Shown in pieces: positions 10,470-19,906 of a DNA stretch of 64,000 bases. The notes under the pieces were generated by a model, which saw only the letters and a list, made by a program, of their open reading frames with translations, was not told the DNA's origin and searched no databases. The stretch covers positions 64,001 through 128,000 of the forward strand of contig CAVQJC010000010.1 in the NCBI GenBank assembly GCA_963712745.1, written 5' to 3'. This DNA comes from an uncultured Chloroflexia bacterium. GTDB taxonomy: Bacteria; Chloroflexota; Limnocylindria; Limnocylindrales; CSP1-4. Position 1 is the stretch's first letter. Every line of letters begins with the position of its first letter. The position numbers and the translations under genes were made by a program.

Positions 10470-12072
10470 TCGACCGGCGCTGCCGATGCTCGAGACGCCG
10501 CCGCCCGCGACGTCAGCGCCGCGCCTGCCCTCCGGCCCCGCTGACGCCGTCTCCGAATACGCCACCGACACAGCCACGCTGCCGAGCTTCCACGTCTGGA
10601 CGCTGGGCTGCCAGATGAACATGTCCGATTCGGAGGAGATGGCCGGGGCGCTGCTCGCGGCCGGCTGTGCCGAAGCGCCGGGACTCGAGTCGGCCGACCT
10701 CATCGTCATCAACACCTGCTCCATCCGCGAGGCCGCCGAGCAGAAGGTCATCGGCCGCATGGGCCTGCTCTCCAGGCTGAAGGAGACCAGGCCCGGCCTG
10801 CGCGTGGTGCTGACCGGGTGCTCTGTCCGTGCCGACAACGAGCGCATCCTCGAGCGGCGCTACCCCGCGGTCGACCTGTTCCTGCGCCCCGACGAGGAAC
10901 CGGAGCTGACGGCGCGCCTCGGTCTCGGTGGTCCGACCACGCCTCAGGCGCTGGGAGCACCCGGGTTCGAGCGGGTCGGACGCTCGGTGGCCGCGGTGGC
11001 CGACCGCCTGGCGGGCACGCGGGCGGCAGCGGTGGAGGAGGGGCACATCGCTCGCGGCCGGGGCGTCAAGGCCTGGCTGCCGATCGTGTACGGCTGCGAC
11101 AAGACCTGCACCTACTGCATCGTGCCCTTCGCCCGAGGCCCCGAGCGCAGCCGGCCGTTCGACGACATCGTGGCCGAGGCCCGCACGCTGGCTGAGGCCG
11201 GCTTCGGGGAGATCACGCTGCTGGGCCAGAACGTCAACTCCTACGGCCACGACCTGCCACCCGATCCCCGTTTCGCCGGTCTCGACAGCCAGCGCACGCT
11301 GGGGCGAAGGCAGGACCGTGACGGCCGGCCCGACATCGCCGCGCTCCTTCGCGCCATCGATGCCATCAGAGGCGAAGACGGCCGTCCTCGCATCGGACGC
11401 ATGCGCTTCGTGACCTCCCATCCGTGGGATCTGACCGACCGGCTCATCGAGGCCATGGCCGAGTGCGAGTCGGTCTGCGAGCACCTGCACCTGCCGGTCC
11501 AGTCGGGCGACGACGAGGTGCTCCGGCGCATGGGCCGGCAGTACAGCCTCGGGGCCTACCTCGAGCTGGTCGGCCGGCTGCGGGAGGCTGTGCCCGGCAT
11601 CGCCCTCACGACCGACGTCATCGTCGGCTTCTGCGGCGAGACCGAGACCCAGTTCGAGGCCACGCTCGAGCTCCTGCGCAGCGTGCGCTTCGAGCAGGTC
11701 TTCGCCGCCGCCTACTCACCGCGGCCGGGAACGCCGGCCATGCGCCTGCCCGACGATGTACCCGCGGCCGAGAAGAAACGGCGTCTCAACGAGTTGCTGG
11801 CGGTGCAGGAGGAGATCGGCCTGGCCCTCAACGAGACCTGGCTCGGCCGAAGCACCGAGGTGCTCGTCGATGAGGCCCGCCAGCCTCGCGCTCACGACCA
11901 CGAGGATGGCGATCGGCGCAGCCCTCGCCTGGTCGGACGCAACCGCGAGCACAAGCTCGTCCACTTCGATGGTCCCGAGTCGCTGGTGGGCACGCTCGTG
12001 ACGGTGACCATCGAGCGGGCAGGGCCCTACGCGCTGTCCGGCCGTCGCGAGGAGGAGCCCGACCACGCCTGA
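10453..12072 (+). CDS. miaB: tRNA-2-methylthio-N6-dimethylallyladenosine synthase MiaB
   Basis: TLGCQMN..DSE, NTCSIRE.AE, radical SAM CDKTCTYC, GQNVNSYG, TSHP, TRAM domain; ATG after GGAGG. Confidence 0.95.
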   Translation: MPIRSDRPALPMLETPPPATSAPRLPSGPADAVSEYATDTATLPSFHVWTLGCQMNMSDSEEMAGALLAAGCAEAPGLESADLIVINTCSIREAAEQKVIGRMGLLSRLKETRPGLRVVLTGCSVRADNERILERRYPAVDLFLRPDEEPELTARLGLGGPTTPQALGAPGFERVGRSVAAVADRLAGTRAAAVEEGHIARGRGVKAWLPIVYGCDKTCTYCIVPFARGPERSRPFDDIVAEARTLAEAGFGEITLLGQNVNSYGHDLPPDPRFAGLDSQRTLGRRQDRDGRPDIAALLRAIDAIRGEDGRPRIGRMRFVTSHPWDLTDRLIEAMAECESVCEHLHLPVQSGDDEVLRRMGRQYSLGAYLELVGRLREAVPGIALTTDVIVGFCGETETQFEATLELLRSVRFEQVFAAAYSPRPGTPAMRLPDDVPAAEKKRRLNELLAVQEEIGLALNETWLGRSTEVLVDEARQPRAHDHEDGDRRSPRLVGRNREHKLVHFDGPESLVGTLVTVTIERAGPYALSGRREEEPDHA

Positions 12073-13012
12073 CCTGCCGCCGCTCATCGTCATCGCCGGC
12101 CCGACCGCCACCGGCAAGACCGCGCTCGCGGTCGCGCTTGCGCAGGAGCTGTCAGACGCCGAGATCGTGTCGGCCGATTCACGACAGGTGTACCGCGGCA
12201 TGGACATCGCCACGGCCAAGCCCACGCCCGCCGAGCTGGCCGCGGCGCCCCATCACTGCCTCGACCTGGTCGACCCGGATGAGCCCTTCAGTGCCTCGGA
12301 CTACCAGCGTGCCGCTCTCGACGCGCTCCACGGCATCGCCGAGCGCGACGGCCTGGCGCTGCTGGTGGGCGGCACCGGCCTGTACCTGCGGGCGGTCGCC
12401 CGTGGCTTGCCCCTCGATACCGGCGGCCGTGATCGGGAGCTACGGGCAGAGCTCGACGCTCGCCTCGAGCGCCTCGGGCTGGAGCCGCTCGCCAAGGAGC
12501 TCAAGGAGCGAGACCCGGTCGGCGCCGAGGCGGTCGATCTGCGGAACCCGAGGCGGGTCGTGCGGGCGCTTGAGCGCGCCATGGTCACCGGGTCGGCCAC
12601 GCCGCCCGAACCGACCGGCTACCCCGCACCCGTGACCTGGCTGGGCCTGAGGCGGGAAGCCGCAGAGCATCGCCGCGCCATCGCCAGCCGTATCGACGTT
12701 CACTTCGCGGCCGGGCTGCTCGAGGAGGCGGCTCTCCTGCTCGAGCGCTATCCCGAGGACCTGCCTGCCTTCAGCGCGATGGGCTACCGCGAAGCCTTCG
12801 ACGTCATCGCTGGCCGGATCGGTGTCGAGGAAGCCAAGGCTCGCGACGCCCAGCGCACATGGAGCTACGTGCGACGGCAGGGCACCTGGTTCCGGGCGGA
12901 GCCGGACATCACCTGGGTCGCGGCAGGAGCGGGAGCCCCCGAGGCGGCGGCCGACATCCTTGCGCCGTTCCTCCGGGGCACGGGCCGTGACGTCTATGCT
13001 GGTGCCCGATGA
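12065..13012 (+). CDS. miaA: tRNA dimethylallyltransferase MiaA; start appears non-canonical (ACG at 12065 or CTG at 12074)
   Basis: P-loop GPTATGKT lies upstream of the listed ORF start; SADSRQVYRGMDIATAKP, VGGTGLY, RRQGTWF. Confidence 0.93.
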   Translation, partial: TPDLPPLIVIAGPTATGKTALAVALAQELSDAEIVSADSRQVYRGMDIATAKPTPAELAAAPHHCLDLVDPDEPFSASDYQRAALDALHGIAERDGLALLVGGTGLYLRAVARGLPLDTGGRDRELRAELDARLERLGLEPLAKELKERDPVGAEAVDLRNPRRVVRALERAMVTGSATPPEPTGYPAPVTWLGLRREAAEHRRAIASRIDVHFAAGLLEEAALLLERYPEDLPAFSAMGYREAFDVIAGRIGVEEAKARDAQRTWSYVRRQGTWFRAEPDITWVAAGAGAPEAAADILAPFLRGTGRDVYAGAR

Positions 13013-14319
13013 ACCGTTCCACACCGATCGACCTGACCCCCGAGGTCGAACGCGCCTTCCTCATCGCCGTCGATACCGGGGACGACGCCGGCTGGACGGC
13101 GGAGGAATCGCTGCAGGAGCTGGCCAGCCTGGCCGACACCGCCGGTGCCGAGGTGGTCGGGGCCGAGTGGCAGAACCGGCGTCACATCGACCCCAACTGG
13201 TACCTCGGCAAGGGCAAGGCACACGAGCTCCTCGAGGCCATGCGCGACACCGGCTTCACCATGCTCATCGCGGACGACGAGCTCAGCCCCAAGCAGCAGA
13301 AGGCGCTCGAGGAGTCGCTCTCGGTGAAGGTCCTCGACCGCAGTGGCCTGATCCTCGACATCTTCGCCCAGCATGCCCGCACGCACGAGGGGCGGCTGCA
13401 GGTCGAGCTGGCTCAGCTCGAGTACCAGTTGCCCCGATTGACGCGGATGTGGACGCACCTCTCGCGCACCGGCGGCGGCATCGGCACGCGCGGCCCCGGT
13501 GAGACCCAGCTCGAGACGGACCGCCGCGTCATCCGCGGACGGATCAAGAAGCTCAAGGAGCGGGTCGAGCACGTACGCCAGCAGCGTGAGACGGCCAGTC
13601 GCTCGCGCGATCGCCGGCTGGTGCCCAGCGTGGCCATCGTGGGCTACACCAACGCCGGCAAGTCATCCCTGCTCAATGCCCTTGCCGGCCGCGAGGCGGC
13701 ACGAGCGGAGGACCAGCTGTTCGCCACGCTCGACCCCACCAGTCGGGGCGTCAAGCTCGGGGACGGGCAGTCGGCCGTGCTCACCGACACCGTGGGCTTC
13801 ATCCACAAGCTGCCGCACCAGCTCGTCGACGCCTTCCGGGCCACGCTCGAGGAGGTCGTGCGGGCCGATCTGCTGCTCGAGGTCGTCGATGGGGCTGACG
13901 CCCACGCACGCGAACACCGCAAGACCGTCCAGACCGTGCTCGAAGAGCTCGGCGCGGGCGACAAGCCGCGCGTGGTCGCGCTCAACAAGGCAGATCTATA
14001 CGACGCGGCCCATGCCGGAGCGGATGTGCCGGCACCGGCTCTGGGCGACGTCGTACCCGTATCCGCCCTCACCGGCTACGGCCTGGACATGCTGCGGCTG
14101 TCGCTCTCGAGCGCCATCGCCCGGCTGTGGGAGGAAGTCGACGTGAGCCTGCCCTATGCCGAGGGCGAACTGCTGGCGCGCGTGCGCGAGCGCGGCACCG
14201 TTGAGGTCGACTACCGCAACGCGGAGGTGCACATCAGCGGGCGCGTGGTGCCGTCGCTGGCTGGGGAGCTGCGTGCGGCTGCGGCGCGCTGGCATCAGGC
14301 ACAGGAGGAGGCCCCGTGA
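13009..14319 (+). CDS. hflX: GTPase HflX
   Basis: LILDIFAQHA, RGPGETQLETDRR, GYTNAGKS, FATLDPT, DTVGF, NKAD. Confidence 0.97.
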   Translation: MNRSTPIDLTPEVERAFLIAVDTGDDAGWTAEESLQELASLADTAGAEVVGAEWQNRRHIDPNWYLGKGKAHELLEAMRDTGFTMLIADDELSPKQQKALEESLSVKVLDRSGLILDIFAQHARTHEGRLQVELAQLEYQLPRLTRMWTHLSRTGGGIGTRGPGETQLETDRRVIRGRIKKLKERVEHVRQQRETASRSRDRRLVPSVAIVGYTNAGKSSLLNALAGREAARAEDQLFATLDPTSRGVKLGDGQSAVLTDTVGFIHKLPHQLVDAFRATLEEVVRADLLLEVVDGADAHAREHRKTVQTVLEELGAGDKPRVVALNKADLYDAAHAGADVPAPALGDVVPVSALTGYGLDMLRLSLSSAIARLWEEVDVSLPYAEGELLARVRERGTVEVDYRNAEVHISGRVVPSLAGELRAAAARWHQAQEEAP

Positions 14320-14606
14320 GCCAGCCCGTCAATGTCATCTGCCGACTCACACCCGAGGGCTGGGCCTGCGAGGTGCGCGTCGGGACCGACCCTGGCGCCA
14401 CGCGCCATACCGTGCTCGTCAGCCAGGGTGACCTGGCGCGTCTCGCAGCCGGCCACTACGACCCCGAGGAGCTGGTGGCTGCCTCGTTCGCGTTCCTGCT
14501 CGAGCGTGAGCCCAGGGAGTCGATCCTGCGCCGCTTCGAGCTACCGGTCATCGAGCGTTACTTCCCCGGCTACGAGACCGAGATCCGCCGCCACCTGGGC
14601 TCGTGA
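14316..14606 (+). CDS. Conserved hypothetical small protein
   Basis: GTGA overlap with hflX, GAGGAGG RBS, globular 'SFAFLLEREPRESIL..F.L.VI.RYFP.YE' sequence. Confidence 0.8.
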   Translation: MSQPVNVICRLTPEGWACEVRVGTDPGATRHTVLVSQGDLARLAAGHYDPEELVAASFAFLLEREPRESILRRFELPVIERYFPGYETEIRRHLGS

Positions 14607-14613
14607 CTCTCGG

Positions 14614-16068
14614 TCAGTCGGCCGCGAAGCTGACCGCTTCTGGCTCGATCATCTCGCGGTGAAGGAGCTCGTGCAGCTCCTCCACACGCTCCGCCTGCGA
14701 TTCCTGGCCGGCCAGGTTCTCGAGCCGGTATGGATCCTGGGTGATGTCGTAGAGCTCCCGTTCGCCGGTGCCGAGTTCGGTGTAGACCCAGTAGGCCGCG
14801 TCGGAGTAGGACCCGGTCGTGTGGATGCCGTACCAGGGCGGCATGTCGCCGGCCGGGTGCAGGTTCTCGGTGTAGACGAACGGCCGCTCGAGCGTGTCTG
14901 CCTCGCCGGTGATGAGCGGTAACAGGCTCAGGCCGTCGGTTTCGGGCATCGTGCAGCCGGCGATCTCGCACAGTGTCGGTGCGATGTCCACGTTGGAGAC
15001 CGGTTCGGTGACCACGCGCCGCTCGTCGCCGGTCACGGCCGGCCACAACAACTGCATGGGCACCGGAGCGGCGTAGGGCCAGTACTTGCCCCTCGGCAGT
15101 CGGTGGTCGCCGAGGAGGAATCCGTTGTCCGAGGTGAAGATGATGAGGGTGTCGTCGAGTCGGCCCGCGTCCCGCAGCGCATCGGTGAGCTTGCCCACCG
15201 CCCAGTCCACGCTGAGCATCTCCTCGCAGCGCTTGCGCAGGTCGAAGCCACGCTTCTCGAGAAGAGGCCGGTCCTGGACGTACGCGGGCTTATCGGAGAC
15301 ATCCGCCTCGTTGTACGAGGGTCCGCGCCAGGGCCGCACATCCGCGCACTTCGGACTGCCCACATGGCGTTTCATCGCGATGTTCGGCACGTGCCCGCTA
15401 TAGAGCGAAGCCACCGCCAGGATGGGCTGGTCCTCGGGGGCGTCGCGGATATGGCCCGCGAGCCGCTCGGTGGTCACCTTGGTCGAGTGATCGCCGGGTC
15501 GAGTGCCCTGCTTGGACACGCCCTCGGGCGTCCACAGCCGATAGTCGTAGAAGTGCTTGTACCTGTCGCCGCCCCGGCGCCAGATGACATCGAACTCGTC
15601 CCAGCCCCCGGCGTAGTCGCGCACGTCCTTCTTCTTCGAGGTCGAGATGCCGTTGACGTACTTGCCCGCGAAAAGGGTGTGGTACCCGACGTCCTGCAGC
15701 TCCGTGGCGAGTGTGACGGAGGCGTCGAAGTCCTCGATGGCGTTGTCGTTCCGGGTGACACCGGTGTTGTGCCCATGTCGTCCCGTCAGCAGGGTCGCCC
15801 TGGACGGCCCACACAGCGGCGTCGAGCCGATCGAGTTCGTGAATTCGACGCCCTCGGTGCAGAACCGCGCGAGCCGAGGCGTCCTTTCCGCGTCACACCA
15901 CAGGCTCCGCTGGTTGACGCTGACGTCGTCCAGGTACATGAGCAGGATGTTGGGGCGGGAGACGTCATCGCTCGCGGCCAGCGCGGGAGCGTGCCACGAG
16001 CCCGTCGAGAGCAGGGCCAGCCCGAAGCCGATGCCGAGGGCCTTCTTGACGCTGACGCCGGTCTCCAT
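14614..16068 (-). CDS. Secreted formylglycine-dependent (Cys-type) sulfatase
   Basis: Signal peptide, RPNILLMYLDD, LCGPSRATLLTG (CxPxR), GKY, FTSDNG, ELYD...DPY. Confidence 0.9.
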   Translation of the reverse strand: METGVSVKKALGIGFGLALLSTGSWHAPALAASDDVSRPNILLMYLDDVSVNQRSLWCDAERTPRLARFCTEGVEFTNSIGSTPLCGPSRATLLTGRHGHNTGVTRNDNAIEDFDASVTLATELQDVGYHTLFAGKYVNGISTSKKKDVRDYAGGWDEFDVIWRRGGDRYKHFYDYRLWTPEGVSKQGTRPGDHSTKVTTERLAGHIRDAPEDQPILAVASLYSGHVPNIAMKRHVGSPKCADVRPWRGPSYNEADVSDKPAYVQDRPLLEKRGFDLRKRCEEMLSVDWAVGKLTDALRDAGRLDDTLIIFTSDNGFLLGDHRLPRGKYWPYAAPVPMQLLWPAVTGDERRVVTEPVSNVDIAPTLCEIAGCTMPETDGLSLLPLITGEADTLERPFVYTENLHPAGDMPPWYGIHTTGSYSDAAYWVYTELGTGERELYDITQDPYRLENLAGQESQAERVEELHELLHREMIEPEAVSFAAD

Positions 16069-16271
16069 CGCGGGGAAGCATAGGCCAACTCCACCTAGCC
16101 GGCTCCCCGCCGGGATGTCGCAGCCGACCCAGCTCTCCGGTCGGCCGTCTTTGCACAAGGACAGGATGCCGCTCCAGCAGCCGCAGAGGCAGGGAGTGCT
16201 ATCGTGGAGCATGCGTGGTGCACGAATGTGGATCGGCGCACCGCAACGGGACCTCTCCCAGGGAGTCGGCC

Positions 16272-16460
16272 ATGGATCTCATCCTCGCCTATATCGACCC
16301 GGGCTCAGGGAGCCTCGTCATCCAGGCGCTCATCGCCGGCCTCGTGGCTGTGCCCATCTTCTTCCGTCGCCACATCGCCCGCATCGTGCGCACGGTCCGC
16401 GGTCAGACCGAGGCGGCGCCGGAGCCCGCCGCACAGGACGACGCCAGCAAGGGTGCCTGA
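16272..16460 (+). CDS. Small membrane protein with AYIDPGSGS motif (62 aa)
   Basis: GGGAG RBS; MDLILAYIDPGSGSLVIQALIAGLVAVPIFFRR...; stop overlaps the next gene's start. Confidence 0.8.
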   Translation: MDLILAYIDPGSGSLVIQALIAGLVAVPIFFRRHIARIVRTVRGQTEAAPEPAAQDDASKGA

Positions 16461-17850
16461 CCCGGACGTCGGCCGCGACCCCGGTTCCTATCGCGACCCC
16501 GCCGGCTTCGTCTTCCGCCGGGACTCGGTCGTCTACCGCCAGATCGAACCGTCCTTCGCGGCCGATTGGGATTACTACCTCGCTTCTGGCCTTCACGACC
16601 GCCTGTCGGCCGAGGGTGTCGTCGTCAACGATGAAGAGGTGGATCTCGGACTGGCCGCTGCGCCACCCGCCTACCGGGTCATCCGGCCGGACCCGATCGA
16701 GGTCATCTCCTACCCCTACGAGTGGTCCTTCAGCCAACTCCAGGACGCTGCGCTACTGACACTGCGGGCACAGGCCAGGGCGACCGAGGCCGGCATGACC
16801 CTGCGAGATGCCTCGGCCTACAACATCCAGTTCTACCGGGGCAGGCCCATCCTCATCGACTCGCTTTCCTTCGAACGCGCCGACTCGGGCCGGCCCTGGG
16901 CGCCATATCGCCAGTTCTGTGAGCACTTCCTCGCACCACTGGCGCTGATGGCCAAGGTCGACGTCCGCCTGGGGCGCATGCTGCGAGATCACCTCGAGGG
17001 CATCCCGCTCGACCTGGCCGCGCGACTCCTACCCGGTCGCACCCGGCTGTCATTCGGCCTCGGACCCCACATCCACCTCCATGCGCGCGCGCAACGCCAG
17101 CATGCCGACGACGCCTCGGCACCCGGAGCCGGTGCTGAGGCCACGATGTCGCCGAAGAAGCTGGCCACGCTCATCGAGAGCCTGCGCGACACGGTGAGTG
17201 GGCTGTCGTGGGAGCCCGCGGGCACGGCCTGGGCGGACTACGCCGACAACACCAGCTACGGGGACGCCGCCACGTCAGCCAAGTCCCAGGCGGTAGGGGA
17301 GGCGTTGAGCGTGGTCGGCGGCGGACGCGCCTGGGATCTTGGAGCCAACACCGGCCGCTACAGCCGCATCGCGGCCGACGCCGGCTACCAGGTCGTGGCG
17401 CTCGATATCGACCCGGCGGCGGTCGAGCGCGGCTACCTGGCCGTGAAGTCCGACGGTCGCGAGGACATCCTTCCGCTACTCGCCGACATAACCGACCCCA
17501 GTCCCCCCCTGGGGTGGGGGAGTGCCGAACGAGCCGGACTGCTCGACCGGATCCACGCCGACGTGATCCTCGCCCTCGCGCTCGTCCACCACCTCGCGAT
17601 CGGCTCGAACGTACCGCTGCCGATGATCGCCGCGTTGTTCGCGCGCCTTGGCCCGCACGCGATCGTCGAGTTCGTGCCCAAGGAGGACGCGATGGTCCAG
17701 CGATTGCTTGCGTCGCGCCGCGATGTCTTCGACGACTACACCATCGATGGCTTCAGGGCCGCGTTCGCTGCGCACTTCAGCGTCGTGTCCGAGACAGCAC
17801 TCGAAGGCAGTAGCCGTACGCTGTTCCACTTCGCGCGCATGGATCGGTAG
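16453..17850 (+). CDS. NoeA-like protein: N-terminal kinase-like region plus class I SAM-dependent methyltransferase
   Basis: SYRDPAGFVF, ISYPYEWSFSQL.DAAL, LRDASAYNIQF...PILID; C-terminal WDLGANTG, ALDID, LALALVHHLAI, EFVPKED. Confidence 0.85.
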   Translation: MPDPDVGRDPGSYRDPAGFVFRRDSVVYRQIEPSFAADWDYYLASGLHDRLSAEGVVVNDEEVDLGLAAAPPAYRVIRPDPIEVISYPYEWSFSQLQDAALLTLRAQARATEAGMTLRDASAYNIQFYRGRPILIDSLSFERADSGRPWAPYRQFCEHFLAPLALMAKVDVRLGRMLRDHLEGIPLDLAARLLPGRTRLSFGLGPHIHLHARAQRQHADDASAPGAGAEATMSPKKLATLIESLRDTVSGLSWEPAGTAWADYADNTSYGDAATSAKSQAVGEALSVVGGGRAWDLGANTGRYSRIAADAGYQVVALDIDPAAVERGYLAVKSDGREDILPLLADITDPSPPLGWGSAERAGLLDRIHADVILALALVHHLAIGSNVPLPMIAALFARLGPHAIVEFVPKEDAMVQRLLASRRDVFDDYTIDGFRAAFAAHFSVVSETALEGSSRTLFHFARMDR

Positions 17851-18034
17851 TCGGAACGCGCGAGGCCTGAGGCATCGAGACGACCGGACCGCCACCCATG
17901 CAGCCGCGATGGAGCCAGGCAGGCGTCTGCATCTGGGGCACTGAGCTCTACGAGACCCGATCGCCGCGTGAGCATCGCTCATCAGCCAGCAAGCGCAGTC
18001 GGGTCACCAGCGCCCACGCTGTACGCTGTCTCGC

Positions 18035-18826
18035 ATGAAGAGAGCCTACGTTCGCGCCTCGGGGGTCATCATCGCAGCCGTATCGCTCGTGCTCGGAGCC
18101 GCCGCACCCGCCAGCGCCGGCCCGTTGCACCAGTTCAGCGAGATCCAGGCATCGGACGTGGTCATCACGCCCGACCCGAGCGGTCGTTCGGCCGTGCTCG
18201 AGGTCGATACGACCATCGACGTGGCCTGCTCGGTGATCTACGGGCTCGACGAGTCATTCGGGCAGATCGCGGTCGACAGCGACATGGATGGGGGCGCGCA
18301 TGCCGACCACCACCCCGTGATGGGAGGGCTGGCTCCCGACTCCGAATACGCCTACCGCCTGCAGGGCACGGCTCCTGACGGCGCCATCTATGTCAGCGAC
18401 GTGATGTCCTTCCGAACACCGGCAGCACCGATCGGTGGTCCAGTCGATGTGGCACTTGGTGCCACGATAACCGGCGTCAGCTCCGAGTGGTCCGACGCAT
18501 TCGGCGCCGCCAATGCCTTCGACGGCGACGCCACCACCGAATGGTCGAGCCGCGGCGACGGCGATGACGCCTGGGTCGAGATCGACCTCGGCTCAGCGCA
18601 GCGCATCGACGCGGTCGAGTTCCGCACGCGTTCCATGACCGACGGCACGGCCATCACCGAGACCTACGCCATCACGGCCGACGGCGTGGAGATCGGCCGG
18701 TTCGAGGCGGACGTGCCAAGCGAGGTCGACCTCGAGGCCCAGGTGCTGCGCTTCGATGTCGTCACCTCGAGCGGAGGCAATACCGGAGCTGTCGAGATCC
18801 TGGTACTGGCGGATGTCGGTGGCTAG
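18035..18826 (+). CDS. Secreted protein with an Fn3-like domain and a discoidin/F5-8-type (CBM32-like) domain
   Basis: Signal peptide ending ASA; GLAPDSEYAYR; NAFDGDATTEWSS...WVEIDLG. Confidence 0.8.
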   Translation: MKRAYVRASGVIIAAVSLVLGAAAPASAGPLHQFSEIQASDVVITPDPSGRSAVLEVDTTIDVACSVIYGLDESFGQIAVDSDMDGGAHADHHPVMGGLAPDSEYAYRLQGTAPDGAIYVSDVMSFRTPAAPIGGPVDVALGATITGVSSEWSDAFGAANAFDGDATTEWSSRGDGDDAWVEIDLGSAQRIDAVEFRTRSMTDGTAITETYAITADGVEIGRFEADVPSEVDLEAQVLRFDVVTSSGGNTGAVEILVLADVGG

Positions 18827-18924
18827 GAGCATCAGGCTCGTCCGCCGCTGAAGCGGCTCGCCAGTCGGTCCTCGGCGGCGGCGATGCAGGCACTCCGGCG
18901 ATCGAGGCTGCGGGTGGCCTCACG

Positions 18925-19836
18925 TCACCAACCCCCCGGCACCTGCCGTTCCAGGTCATCGAGCTGCGACCGCGCGAGGGGACTCTTGGCGTCGCCCTGC
19001 TGCGTGCAGATCCAGCGTGCTCCCAGCTGGGCGCGTCCGACTGCCCGGTCGAGCGGAAGTCCGTCCATGACCCGCGCCACCAGGAAGCCCACCGCGAGGT
19101 TGTCGCCAGCGCCGTTGGTGTCGACGATGGGAGCCAGCGGCAGCTCGACAGCCGGGAACGCATCGACTCGACCGTCGTGGGCGACGAGGCAGCCGTCGGT
19201 GCCGGCACCGACCACCACCACGAGACCTGATCGCCGCGCAGCGAGATGACGCGCGGCACTGCCGGGATCGTCGAGATTCACAGCCGACATGAAGAGCACG
19301 TCGGCTGTGGCCACGAAGTCGGCCCGGTACGGGTCGTCAAGGTCCGCCACGTCCTGCAGGTCACAGGAGACGGTGGCGCCGGCCTCGCGCGCCAGCGGCA
19401 GGATGCTACGGGCCCATTCGTCGAGGTGGACGTGGACGACGCTTGCGCCCTGTAGTGCCGCCCGGCAGGCCTCGATGTCGACTTCGGTGCTGCTGGAGCC
19501 ACGAGGGTCGAAGTAGTTGCGGCGCGAGCCGTCGGCCTCCACGATGTTCACGCTGCGATGCGTGCCGGCAGGGTCGCGCAACTCGGTGACGGCGACGCCG
19601 GCTGCTGAAAGCTCGTCGCGTACCCAGGCGCCTGCCCGGTCGTCACCCAGGGCGGCGATAGCATGAGTCCGGACACCCAGAGCCGCGGCTGCCAGCGCGC
19701 TGTAACAGCCGGCCTGGCCCAGTCCATCTGTGGTCTGCGCAAACGTCATCTCCGTGCCAACGCGCTCGCCGACCGGATAGACGTTGGTGTCGATGCCGAA
19801 CGCACCCACGACGACGAAACCTTGGTCCACTCGCAT
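18925..19836 (-). CDS. PfkB-family carbohydrate kinase
   Basis: VVGAFGID N-terminus and VDTNGAGD signature; TATCGT 7 nt upstream of the ATG. Confidence 0.9.
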   Translation of the reverse strand: MRVDQGFVVVGAFGIDTNVYPVGERVGTEMTFAQTTDGLGQAGCYSALAAAALGVRTHAIAALGDDRAGAWVRDELSAAGVAVTELRDPAGTHRSVNIVEADGSRRNYFDPRGSSSTEVDIEACRAALQGASVVHVHLDEWARSILPLAREAGATVSCDLQDVADLDDPYRADFVATADVLFMSAVNLDDPGSAARHLAARRSGLVVVVGAGTDGCLVAHDGRVDAFPAVELPLAPIVDTNGAGDNLAVGFLVARVMDGLPLDRAVGRAQLGARWICTQQGDAKSPLARSQLDDLERQVPGGW

Positions 19837-19906
19837 GGACGACACGATAGTGGTGTGCGCCGGACGTGTGCAGCGTGCGCCACCTCACGCTCTCGCCAGC
19901 TTGGCG

